Positions 34,214 to 42,930 of a stretch of DNA of 64,000 bases are shown piece by piece. Origin of the DNA: Acidimicrobiales bacterium (GTDB taxonomy: Bacteria > Actinomycetota > Acidimicrobiia > Acidimicrobiales > VFJN01); assembly GCA_036563805.1 (NCBI GenBank), contig DATCLS010000050.1, forward strand, positions 3,964-67,963, written 5' to 3'. Each line of letters starts with the position of its first letter. Within the stretch, counting starts at the first letter, position 1. The notes below the pieces were generated by a model that saw only the letters and a program-made list of their open reading frames with translations, was not told where the DNA came from and did no database searches. A program made the position numbers and the translations under genes.

Positions 34214-35059
34214 ATGGATGCCCGCAAGTGGCTCGGACTCGAGCCCACGCACAACCCCATGCGGTGGGTGCTCCCGGTCACGCCCGGCATCACCGCGGGC
34301 GGCGCGTTCCTGTTCGGCGGTTGCGCCCTGGGCGCAGCGGTGGCGGCGATGGAGCACGTGAGCGAGCGCCCGGTGGTGTGGGCCACCGCCCAGTACCTGG
34401 CCTACGCCAGCCCCGACTCAGTGCTCGACATCGACGTCACGATCGCCGCTCAGGGCCGCAACGTGACCCAGGCCCGGGTCGTGGGGCACGTGGCCGACAC
34501 CGAGATCCTCACCGTCAACGCCGCCCTCGGCGACCGCGACATCGGCGTCGACGGCGTGTGGACGACGCCGCCCGACGTGCCCTCGCCCGAGGAGTGCGCG
34601 CCCCGCCCGCTGCGCCACCCGGGCGTCGAGTCCATTCAGAACCGCCTCGACGTGCGCCTGGCCCGGGCCCACTCGTGGGAGGACATCGAGGGCAACCCCA
34701 TGCCCGAGGGCCGCTCGGCGCTGTGGGCCCGCGTGCCCGACCTGCTCGACCTGTCCTCGGGCGCCAGCCTCGCCATCCTCGGCGACTACGTGCCGTTCGG
34801 CATCGGCCAGGCCCTCGGCCGCGCCGGGGGCGGCAACAGCCTCGACAACACACTGCGCGTCTACCGGCTGGTGCCGACGGAGTGGGTGCTGCTCGATATC
34901 CGCATCCAGGCGGTGGCCCGGGGCTTCGGTCACGGCGTGGTCCACCTATGGGCCGAGGACGGGACGCTGCTGGCCACGGCCAGCCAGTCGACGATCGTGC
35001 GCTTCATGCCCCCGGCCTCGGCCCGGGGCGGGGCGGACGGGACGGACCGCCGACCCTGA
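34214..35059 (+). CDS. Acyl-CoA thioesterase II-like (double hotdog) protein
   Basis: ATG 34214 lies 8 nt after TAGAGT. Length and sequence pattern (VVWATAQYLAYASP ... GFGHGVVHLWAEDGTLLATASQS) fit TesB-like thioesterases. Confidence 0.7.
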   Translation: MDARKWLGLEPTHNPMRWVLPVTPGITAGGAFLFGGCALGAAVAAMEHVSERPVVWATAQYLAYASPDSVLDIDVTIAAQGRNVTQARVVGHVADTEILTVNAALGDRDIGVDGVWTTPPDVPSPEECAPRPLRHPGVESIQNRLDVRLARAHSWEDIEGNPMPEGRSALWARVPDLLDLSSGASLAILGDYVPFGIGQALGRAGGGNSLDNTLRVYRLVPTEWVLLDIRIQAVARGFGHGVVHLWAEDGTLLATASQSTIVRFMPPASARGGADGTDRRP

Positions 35060-35200
35060 CCGGCGGGCGGGCCTGGCGGTCAGGGTCGGCCCCGACCGGG
35101 ACGGGATCGGCGGGAGCGCCGAGACCGGCGGGCGGCCCGACCGGCCGCCACCCGGCGTGACGCCCGGGCGGGCGCCGGCCCCCTGTGCCAGCATCCCGAC

Positions 35201-36175
35201 ATGGATCGCTACGGCATGACCATCCCGTTCGGCGGCGTCCCGCTCCACGAGCAGCGTGAGTGGGTAGTCGAGCTGGCCGACCTCGGCTACACGGACGTGT
35301 GGTCGTCCGAGGCCGACGGCGCCGACGCCTTCACACCCCTGGCGCTCGCCTCGGTGTGGGCACCGTCGCTGCGGCTCGGGACGGCCATCGTGCCCGCGTT
35401 CACCCGCGGGCCGGCGTGCCTGGCCCAGAGCGCGGGGTCGCTGGCCCAGGCCGCGCCCGGGCGCCTGGCCCTGGGCATCGGCACGTCGTCGAACGTGATC
35501 GTCGAGGGCTGGAACGGCATCTCGTTCGAGAAGCCGTACCAGCGCACCCGCGACGTGGTGCGCTTCCTGCGCAAGGCGTTCACCGGCGAGAAGGTGACCG
35601 AGCAGTACGAGACGTTCTCGGTCCGGGGCTTCAAGCTGGGGGTGGTGCCCGAACAGCCGGTGCCGATCCTGGTCGCCGCCCTGCGGGAGGGGATGCTCCG
35701 CCTGGCCGGGCGCGAGGCCGACGGGGCCATCATCAACTGGCTGTCGGCCGAGGACGTGGCGACCGTGGCGCCGATCGTCCACAAGGCGGGCGGTGGCGAG
35801 CCCCGCGAGATCGTGGCCCGCATCTTCGTGGCCCCGACCGGCCCGGACGCCGACCCCGACGCCGTGCGGGGCATGGCCCGCTACGCCATCGCCGCCTACC
35901 TCAACGTGCCGGTGTACGCCGCCTTCCACGAGTGGCTCGGCCGGGGCGAGGTGCTGGCCGAGATGTGGCGGCTGTGGAAGGAGCGCGACCGCAAGGCCGC
36001 CCTGGCCGCCATCCCCGACTCCGTGGTCGACGAGCTGGTTGTGTGGGGGCCGCCGGAGAAGTGCCGCGAACACGTCCAGCGCTACGTCGAGAACGGCGTC
36101 ACCACGCCCGCCCTGGCCCTGATGCCGTTCGGCTACGACCTGCGCCAGGCGGTGCGCGACCTGGCACCCCGGTGA
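35201..36175 (+). CDS. LLM-class (luciferase-like) F420-dependent oxidoreductase
   Basis: GYTDVWSSEADGADAFTPLA ... LGIGTSSNVIVEGWNG pattern typical of actinobacterial LLM enzymes. Confidence 0.85.
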   Translation: MDRYGMTIPFGGVPLHEQREWVVELADLGYTDVWSSEADGADAFTPLALASVWAPSLRLGTAIVPAFTRGPACLAQSAGSLAQAAPGRLALGIGTSSNVIVEGWNGISFEKPYQRTRDVVRFLRKAFTGEKVTEQYETFSVRGFKLGVVPEQPVPILVAALREGMLRLAGREADGAIINWLSAEDVATVAPIVHKAGGGEPREIVARIFVAPTGPDADPDAVRGMARYAIAAYLNVPVYAAFHEWLGRGEVLAEMWRLWKERDRKAALAAIPDSVVDELVVWGPPEKCREHVQRYVENGVTTPALALMPFGYDLRQAVRDLAPR

Positions 36176-36404
36176 GCGTCCCGCTGAGCGGGCGGGCCGG
36201 CTGAGTCGCCGGCCTCGCCGGGCCCGGCCAGCCGCCGCCACCCGATACGGCCCGGCCCCCGGACCCCAGGCGGTGGGGGTAGCCCCCAGGGGTCGAACGG
36301 GGGATACCCCCATAGCCGTTCGCGCGATGACTCCGTAGCGTGATGGTCGTCATGTTGGGTGTGAGCGGACCAGGCGGCCGCAGGCCGATCCCCAGGCGGG
36401 CGAC

Positions 36405-37067
36405 ATGATCGCCACGGCGCTGGCGGAGCTGGTCAGCCTCGACGGTCTGGCGAACCTGTCCGAGGTGGCCTACCTCGTGATCTTCGTGTTCGCCGCCTTC
36501 GACGTGATCTTCCCGATCCTCCCCAGCGAGACGGCGGTGGTGCTGGCCGGCGTGCTGGCCTGGCAGGGGCGTCTCAGCGCCCCGGCCGTGCTGGCGGTGG
36601 CGGCGCTCGGCGCGATCGGGGGTGATCACCTCTCCTACGGCCTCGGACGCTGGTCCCGTCGCGCCCTCCAACCCCGCCGCTCGGACGGCAAGATGGCCCG
36701 GCTCCAGGAGTGGGCGGCGCACCAGCTCTCGGTCCGTGGCCCCGGCATCCTGCTCGTCGCCCGGTTCATCCCCGGCGGGCGCACGGCCAGCACCCTGGTG
36801 AGCGGCCGTCTGACCTACCCCCTGCCCCGGTTCAGCGCCGTGACCGTAGGGGCCGGCATCCTGTGGGCCTCGTTCGGCACGATGCTCGGCTACCTGGGCG
36901 GCACGACCTTCCACGACAACACGTGGCTGGCAACCGGGCTCGGTGTGGCCGTGGGCACGACGGTGGGCCTCATCGTCGAGCGCACGCTCGACTGGCGGTC
37001 CAAGCGGGCCGCCCGCCTGGCCGCCGCGGACGACGTCCCGGCCTCCGACGAGCACCTGGTGGCCTGA
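36405..37067 (+). CDS. DedA-family membrane protein
   Basis: FDVIFPILPSETAVVLAG and GRFIPGGRT motifs. Confidence 0.85.
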   Translation: MIATALAELVSLDGLANLSEVAYLVIFVFAAFDVIFPILPSETAVVLAGVLAWQGRLSAPAVLAVAALGAIGGDHLSYGLGRWSRRALQPRRSDGKMARLQEWAAHQLSVRGPGILLVARFIPGGRTASTLVSGRLTYPLPRFSAVTVGAGILWASFGTMLGYLGGTTFHDNTWLATGLGVAVGTTVGLIVERTLDWRSKRAARLAAADDVPASDEHLVA

Positions 37068-37087
37068 CCTCCCTAGGCTCGGCCGCC

Positions 37088-38410
37088 ATGGGTGGCCAAC
37101 ACGTTCTCGACCTGTCCGATCGGCTCCTGCGGGGTGAGACCACGGTCGAGGAGGTGCATCCGGTCGTCGTGGACGGCGACCTGGACGAGGTGGGGGACGG
37201 CGTCGCCTTCATCCCCGCCTTCGGGAACATCAGCGCCTTCACCGTCGACGGCAGCCTGCTGCTGGTCGACACGGGCAACCAGTTCCGGGCCCGGGCCAAC
37301 TACGACCGGGTCCGGGGCTGGAGCGACCTGCCGGTCGACACGGTCGTGTACACGCACGGCCACATCGACCACGTCTTCGGCCTCGGCCCCTTCGAGGAGG
37401 AGGCCGACGCGGCCGGGCGCCCCCGGCCTCGCGTGATCGCTCACGAGCTGGTCCCCGCCCGGTTCGACCGCTACAAGTTGACCGCTGGCTACAACGGCGT
37501 GATCAACGCCCGCCAGTTCTCGGCGCCGGGGTTCCAGTGGCCGACCGACTACCGGTACCCGGACGAGACGTACACCGGCCGCCGCGACCTCGACGTCGGG
37601 GGCCAGCGCTTCGAGCTGCACCACGGCAAGGGCGAGACCGACGACCACACGTGGGTGTGGCTGCCGGACCGCAAGGTGCTGTGCACCGGCGACCTGTTCA
37701 TCTGGGCCAGCCCCAACTGCGGCAACCCCCAGAAGGTGCAGCGCTATCCCCGCGAGTGGGCGCAGGCCCTGCGGGAGATGGCGGCCCTCGGCCCCGAGCT
37801 GATGCTGCCGGGCCATGGGTGGCCGATCGCCGGCGCCGACCGGATCCGACAGGCCCTCGTCGACTCGGCCGACCTGCTCGACAGCCTGGTCGACCAGACG
37901 CTCGAGCTGATGAACGCCGGCGCCCGGCTGGACGAGATCGTCCACACCGTCGAAGCCCCGCCCGATCTGCTCGAGAAGCCCTACCTGCGGCCCGTGTACG
38001 ACGAGCCTGAGTTCGTGGTGCGGACCGTGTGGCGCCTGTACGGCGGGTGGTACGACGGCAACCCGGCCCACCTCAAGCCGGCGCCCGAGGCCGCCCTGGC
38101 CCGCGAGCTGGCCGAGCTGGCCGGCGGGGCCCAGCGGCTGGCCGACCGGGCGGCCGCCCTGGCGGCGGACGGCGACCTGCGGCTGGCCGGCCATCTGGCC
38201 GAGTTGGCCGCCCAGGCGGCGCCGGCCGACGCCGGCGTCCACGCGGTCCGGGCCGCCGTGTACGCCCAGCGGGCCGGCGAGGAGCTGTCGACCATGTCGC
38301 GGGGCATCTTCTCGGCGGCCGCCGCCGAGTCGCAGGCCAAGGCCGGCGGGGCCGGGACGGGCGGTGAGCGGACCGCCGGCGAGGGGGCCGCTGGCGAGGC
38401 CGGGCGCTGA
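37088..38410 (+). CDS. Metallo-beta-lactamase-fold alkyl/aryl-sulfatase-like protein (MBL plus dimerisation domain)
   Basis: ATG 37088 lies 8 nt after TAGGCT. THGHIDH metal motif. NPQKVQRYPREWAQALREM and YDEPEFVVRTVWRLYGGWYDGNPAHL are typical of SdsA1/Bds1-like proteins. No C-terminal SCP2-like domain is visible. Confidence 0.75.
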   Translation: MGGQHVLDLSDRLLRGETTVEEVHPVVVDGDLDEVGDGVAFIPAFGNISAFTVDGSLLLVDTGNQFRARANYDRVRGWSDLPVDTVVYTHGHIDHVFGLGPFEEEADAAGRPRPRVIAHELVPARFDRYKLTAGYNGVINARQFSAPGFQWPTDYRYPDETYTGRRDLDVGGQRFELHHGKGETDDHTWVWLPDRKVLCTGDLFIWASPNCGNPQKVQRYPREWAQALREMAALGPELMLPGHGWPIAGADRIRQALVDSADLLDSLVDQTLELMNAGARLDEIVHTVEAPPDLLEKPYLRPVYDEPEFVVRTVWRLYGGWYDGNPAHLKPAPEAALARELAELAGGAQRLADRAAALAADGDLRLAGHLAELAAQAAPADAGVHAVRAAVYAQRAGEELSTMSRGIFSAAAAESQAKAGGAGTGGERTAGEGAAGEAGR

Positions 38411-38585
38411 GGCGCCGGGCGCACTGGGGCCGGCGGGTCGGGACCGCGGGCCGGGAGCCGGGCCTGCGGGCCGGGAGCTGCTGGCGAGGCCGGGCGCTGA
38501 GGCGCCGGGCGCACTGGGGCCGGCGGGACCGGGACGGGCGGTGAGCGGGCCGCTGGCTAGGCCGGGAGCTGGGCCTGCGGGCTGG
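38350..38585. repeat. Segmental tandem duplication of the sulfatase-like gene 3' end (48-bp copies 90 bp apart, plus flanking duplicated pieces)
   Basis: gctggcgaggccgggcgcTGAggcgccgggcgcactggggccggcggg occurs at 38390-38437 and 38480-38527. Related pieces gggacgggcggtgagcgg and ggccgggagc.gggcctgcggg each occur twice. Confidence 0.8.
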
Positions 38586-38590
38586 TGCCG

Positions 38591-39685
38591 TCAGGCCGGC
38601 GGGGGACCGGCGGCCGCGGCGCGCAGGTGGTCGGTCAGGTCGGCCAGGGACGACGAGGCGTTGAGGCCGCTCGTCGAGGGCATGACGTAAGCCGGCACGC
38701 CGCCCACGCCCTCGGGCTGCCAGCCGGCGACGGCCCGCCGGTCGACCGCAGCCCGCCAGCCGGCCAGGCCCACGAAGCACACCGCCCGCGGCCGCAGCCA
38801 GCGGACCAGGTGCTCGACCCGCCGCAGGCCCTCCCGGTACTCGGCCGGCCGCAGCTCGGAGGCGGCCACGGTGGCCCGCTTGACCAGATCGGTCATGCCC
38901 ATCCCGTGGTGGCGGAGGGCGTGATCGGGGTCGCGGTCGACCGAGACGAGCCCGGCGGCCAGGGCGGCGGGCCAGAACCGGTTGCCGGGTCGGGCGAACC
39001 CCACGCCGGCGTCGGCCGCGTACAGCGACGGGTTCAGGCCGCACACCAGGAGCGTCATGTCGGGCCCCACGGTGTCGGGCAGCGTGCGGGCCCGGATGGC
39101 CCGGGCCACCACCCGGCGCAGCGGGCCGTCGCCGGACTCGTCGGCCGCCAGCTCCTCGACCGTGAACCCGGCGCCGACCAGGACCCGGCCAAGGTCGTCG
39201 GGGTGCCAGAGCGCGAACAGCCGGCCGGGGAACTCGTCGTCGCCGGCGCTGGTCCACTGCCGGCGGGGGTCGCCGCCGTCGAACACGGTGACGTCGAGGA
39301 CGCCGCCCACCGGCAGCGCCCGATGCAGGCCGGCGAGCGTCAGCGGGAGGCGCTCAGCTGGCACGTGCTGCAGCGATTTGGACGCCCACACGCCGGCCAG
39401 CGAGCCCCGGCGGAACGGCAGCGCCTCGAGGTCGCAGGCCACGGCCGGCGTGCCGGGGTGGTGCTGGCGAGCCTCGACCAGCATGGCGGGGGCGGCGTCG
39501 GCGGCCACGACCGGCCGGCCCAGGTGGGGCAGGTAGAACCCCGGCCCGCACCCGAGGTCGAGCCGGACGCCGCCCGCCGGCAGGCGGGCCGCGAACGCGG
39601 CGGCGCGGTCGGGGTGGTAGGCCCGGCGGCGCTCGCCGTACTCGGCGGCGGCCCGGTCGTAGGCCTCGACGGTGCGCACGTCCAC
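38591..39685 (-). CDS. Fusion protein: class I SAM-dependent methyltransferase (N) plus MUG/TDG family-2 uracil/mismatch DNA glycosylase (C)
   Basis: Methyltransferase motif I VRLDLGCGPGFY. Glycosylase motifs LLVCGLNPSLYAADAGVGFARPGNRFW and YVMPSTSGLNA. GTG 39685 lies 9 nt after TAGCGT. Confidence 0.85.
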   Translation of the reverse strand: MDVRTVEAYDRAAAEYGERRRAYHPDRAAAFAARLPAGGVRLDLGCGPGFYLPHLGRPVVAADAAPAMLVEARQHHPGTPAVACDLEALPFRRGSLAGVWASKSLQHVPAERLPLTLAGLHRALPVGGVLDVTVFDGGDPRRQWTSAGDDEFPGRLFALWHPDDLGRVLVGAGFTVEELAADESGDGPLRRVVARAIRARTLPDTVGPDMTLLVCGLNPSLYAADAGVGFARPGNRFWPAALAAGLVSVDRDPDHALRHHGMGMTDLVKRATVAASELRPAEYREGLRRVEHLVRWLRPRAVCFVGLAGWRAAVDRRAVAGWQPEGVGGVPAYVMPSTSGLNASSSLADLTDHLRAAAAGPPPA

Positions 39686-39843
39686 GGGGCGTGCACGCTA
39701 CCGGCGGCGCCGCGCCGGCCGCCCGTCGGCCGGGCGCCTCGCCGGCCCCAGCGGACCGTCAGCGGCCCTCGCGGGCCCGTCATCGGCGCTCAGGCGGCCT
39801 CGCCGCGGCCGCTCGACGCCGGTCCAGCAGCTGTCAGAGCGGC

Positions 39844-40623
39844 TCAGCGGCGCTCGTCGGGCGCCGTGGCGCTCGGGACGGCCCCGCTCGACACGGAGCC
39901 CCCAGACACCGGACCGCTCGGCACGGACCCGTCCGGCACCGGGCTGCCCGGAACGGTGCCGCTCGGCACGGTCGCCCGGTGCTTCGGCGGCGGCTCGGGC
40001 TCGCGCCGGCGGCGCGGGGACACGAACCGGGTCCACACGAACCAGGCCACGGCCGCGACGCACACGGCGATCACCACGTACTGGAGGTAGCCGACCCAGT
40101 CGCCGACCTCCTCCCACCGGTCGCCGAGGGCGTAGCCGGCCCCGACCAGGGCGCAGTTCCAGATCAGGCTGCCGATGGCCGTGTACACGGTGAAGCGGGC
40201 GAGGGGCATGCGCCGGAAGCCGGCGGGGATCGACACCAGCGACCGGATGAGCGGCACGCACCGACCGATCAGCACGGCGATGGTGGACCGCCGGTCGAAC
40301 CAGCCCTCGGCCCGATCGAGGTCGGACTCGTCGAGCCGCAGCCAGCGCCCGTAGCGGACGACGATGGCCCGGAGCCGGACCGGCCCGATGGCGGCCGCGA
40401 TGCCGTAGAGCGCCCAGGCGCCGACGATCGAGCCGACCGTCGAGGCCAGGACCATGCCGACGACCCAGGCGTCGCCCCGGCCGGCGACGAACCCGGCCAG
40501 CGGCAGGACGACCTCGGACGGGATCGGGGGGAACAGGTTCTCGAGGGCCACGAGGAAGGCGACCCCGACGTAGCCCAGGGCGTCGACCACGTCGGTCACC
40601 CACTCGGTGATGCCGTCGAACAC
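39844..40623 (-). CDS. DedA-family membrane protein (second paralog)
   Basis: ENLFPPIPSEVVLPLAG and GRCVPLIRS motifs. GTG 40623 with GGGAGTGGAG upstream. The C-terminal tail has VPSG-type repeats. Confidence 0.85.
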   Translation of the reverse strand: MFDGITEWVTDVVDALGYVGVAFLVALENLFPPIPSEVVLPLAGFVAGRGDAWVVGMVLASTVGSIVGAWALYGIAAAIGPVRLRAIVVRYGRWLRLDESDLDRAEGWFDRRSTIAVLIGRCVPLIRSLVSIPAGFRRMPLARFTVYTAIGSLIWNCALVGAGYALGDRWEEVGDWVGYLQYVVIAVCVAAVAWFVWTRFVSPRRRREPEPPPKHRATVPSGTVPGSPVPDGSVPSGPVSGGSVSSGAVPSATAPDERR

Positions 40624-40776
40624 TGCGCTCCACTCCCTGACCGGCGACGGACGAAGGGCGATCCTAGATGACCGGCCCGGCCCCCGGGTCAGCCGGCGCC
40701 CCGGCGTGAGTGGTTGGCCGCGGGCTCGTGGTTCCGGGGCCGAGGTCGGTGGGCGCTCTGGCGTGAGCGGCCGGCC

Positions 40777-40800
40777 GGGCGGCCCGGAGCCCGGCCGCCC
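40777..40800 (-). terminator. GC-rich hairpin immediately after the SDR gene stop
   Basis: GGGCGGCC - 8 nt - GGCCGCCC (8-bp stem), 4 nt beyond the stop at 40804. No U-tract. Confidence 0.35.
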
Positions 40801-40803
40801 GCC

Positions 40804-41688
40804 TCAGCTGGCGCCGGCGTCGGGGGCGACCAGCAGCGAGGCCTGGAGGCGGCGCATGCCGGCCAGCCACCGGTCGCGGTCGCCGGCCCGGCGCCGCTCG
40901 TAGTCGGCCACCTCGGGGTGGGGGAGGATCAGGAACCGCTCGTCGGCCAGGCCCTCGACCACCGCGTCGGCCACGCGCTCGGGTGACACGACCCCCTGGA
41001 CCGCGGCGGCGTTCGCCGCCAGGGCGTCGGCCGGCGCCCGGTCGGCGGGGTCGGCGCCGTCCAGGCCGCCGGCGGGGTCCGTGTCGGCGCTGTCCGGGCC
41101 TGCGACGGGCGCCCCGCCCCGCAGCATCGGCGTGTCGACCGCCATGGGGCACAGGCACGACACCTTGATCCCCCGGTCGCCGTAGGTGATGGCGATCCAC
41201 TCGGCCAGGGCGACGGCGGCGTGCTTGGTCACCGAGTAAGGGGCGTTGCCGAGGTTGGTCAGCAGCCCGGCGGCCGACGCTGTGGTGAGCAGGTAGCCGC
41301 CACCCCGCTCGACCATGCGGGGGACGAGCGCCCGGGCGGCGTACACGTGCGCCATCACGTTCACCGACCACAGCGCCGACCAGACCTCGTCGTTGGCGTC
41401 GAGGCCGCCGCCGCCCACCAGGCCGGCGTTGGAGGCGAACAGGTCGATCGGGCCCGCCTCGCGCTCGACGCGGTCGACCGCGGCCCGGACGTCGGCCTCG
41501 ACGCCGACGTCGGCCGCCACCGCCAGCGCCCGGTCGCCCAGCCCGGCAGCCACCCGGGCGGCGCCCTCGGCGTCGCGGTCGACGACCGCTACGGTCCGGG
41601 CGCCGGCGGCGGCGAACCGCTCGCACAGGGCGCGGCCGATGCCGCTGGCCCCGCCGGTCACGACGACGATGCGGTCGGCGAGCTCCAT
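40804..41688 (-). CDS. SDR-family oxidoreductase
   Basis: VTGGASGIGRA and YSVTKHA. ATG 41688 lies 6 nt after TACGAT. Confidence 0.9.
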   Translation of the reverse strand: MELADRIVVVTGGASGIGRALCERFAAAGARTVAVVDRDAEGAARVAAGLGDRALAVAADVGVEADVRAAVDRVEREAGPIDLFASNAGLVGGGGLDANDEVWSALWSVNVMAHVYAARALVPRMVERGGGYLLTTASAAGLLTNLGNAPYSVTKHAAVALAEWIAITYGDRGIKVSCLCPMAVDTPMLRGGAPVAGPDSADTDPAGGLDGADPADRAPADALAANAAAVQGVVSPERVADAVVEGLADERFLILPHPEVADYERRRAGDRDRWLAGMRRLQASLLVAPDAGAS

Positions 41689-41780
41689 GGCCCGATCGTA
41701 CGGGGGCCCGGCCCGGGAGCCGGGGTGCTGGGGGCGTCCCCGCAGCGTGCCGGGGCCGGCTGGCGGGCCGCTGCGCCGAC

Positions 41781-42764
41781 TCAGGCCCCGATCGCGGCCC
41801 GGATCGTGCGCTCGGCCGACGCCTTGCGGTCCTTCCCCCAGGGCAGGGGCATGAGGACCGGCACCTCCACGCCGGCGTCGACGTAGGCCCGCATGGTGGC
41901 GGCGACCGTGTCCTCGTCGCCCATCACATCGATGGCGTCGACCATGCGGTCGCTGACCGCGGCCACGGCGCCGGCCCGGTCGCCGTCAGCGAACCGGGCC
42001 CGGACCTCGGCCACCTCGTCGCCGAACCCGGCCCGCTCGAAGTTGCGGGCGTAGCTGTCGACCACCGCGTAGGAGAACAGGTCGCGGCGGGCCAGCTCGA
42101 TGCCCTCCTCGCGCTCGCAGACGCCGGCGTGCACGTAGGCGTAGACGGTGGCGTCGCCGCCCTGCCGGACCTGTTCGACCGACCACGGCACGTGCGAGGC
42201 CGGCAGGTAGTTGAGCAGGACGCCGTCGGCCAGCTCGCCGGCCAGCCGGAGCATGGCCGGGTTGAGGGCGCCGACGACGATCTTGGGCCGGCGCTCGCCC
42301 AGCCGGACGCCCAAGCGGAAGCCCTTGACCGAGTAGAAGTCGCCGGCGAAGTCGACCTTCTCGCCCGACAGGCAGGCCCGGAGCAGCGTCACGTACTCGC
42401 GCACCCGGGCGAGCGGCCGGTCGCCGTAGGGCACGCCGTGCCACCGCTCGGTGACGACCGGGGACGAGATGCCGACGCCGATCAGGATGTCGCGGTCCGG
42501 GTGCAGCGCCTGGAGGGTGGCGCCGGCCATGGCCACCACCATGGGCGTGCGGAGCTGGAGGGCCAGCACGCCCGTCCCCAGGTCGAGGTCGGGGGCGGCG
42601 GCGCCGGCGGCCGCCAGCACCGAGAACGCCTCGGGTCCCGTGGTCTCGGCCGTCCAGAAGCTGCGGTAGCCCAGCTCGTGCGCCAGCCGAGCGGTGTCGA
42701 CGGCCAGCTGGGGCCCCAGGGTCATCAGCGAAGCGAACGTGACACCGGCGCGGTCCAGGCCCAT
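41781..42764 (-). CDS. LLM-class F420-dependent oxidoreductase (second paralog)
   Basis: ATG 42764 inside ORF 41781..43058. LGYRSFWTAETTGPEAFSVLA ... IGVGISSPVVTERWHG. Confidence 0.85.
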   Translation of the reverse strand: MGLDRAGVTFASLMTLGPQLAVDTARLAHELGYRSFWTAETTGPEAFSVLAAAGAAAPDLDLGTGVLALQLRTPMVVAMAGATLQALHPDRDILIGVGISSPVVTERWHGVPYGDRPLARVREYVTLLRACLSGEKVDFAGDFYSVKGFRLGVRLGERRPKIVVGALNPAMLRLAGELADGVLLNYLPASHVPWSVEQVRQGGDATVYAYVHAGVCEREEGIELARRDLFSYAVVDSYARNFERAGFGDEVAEVRARFADGDRAGAVAAVSDRMVDAIDVMGDEDTVAATMRAYVDAGVEVPVLMPLPWGKDRKASAERTIRAAIGA

Positions 42765-42770
42765 GGCCGG

Positions 42771-42794
42771 CGACCCTACCGCCCGGTAGGGTCG
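42771..42794. promoter_or_regulatory. Perfect 10-4-10 palindrome CGACCCTACC-gccc-GGTAGGGTCG overlapping the -10 of the LLM gene
   Basis: The arms are exact reverse complements. Each arm contains TAGGGT, and the minus-strand copy lies 8 nt before ATG 42764. Confidence 0.5.
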
Positions 42795-42930
42795 GGGGCG
42801 CCAGCCGACGGGCCCCGAGGACGGAGGCGCGCAGCGCTCGGGCCGAACGGGGAGCCGGCCGGCGCTCGGCTCGGCGCTCGAGCCCGGGGTAACAGCACGG
42901 GCGGCCGCGGGGTCGTAGGCTCGATCCTCT

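Noticed and set aside
36405-40623. Two DedA genes flanking the sulfatase-like and methyltransferase-glycosylase genes as a functional island
   Set aside because: The genes are on different strands and have independent promoter signatures. DedA paralogs are common in actinobacterial genomes. I have no evidence for a functional link beyond proximity.
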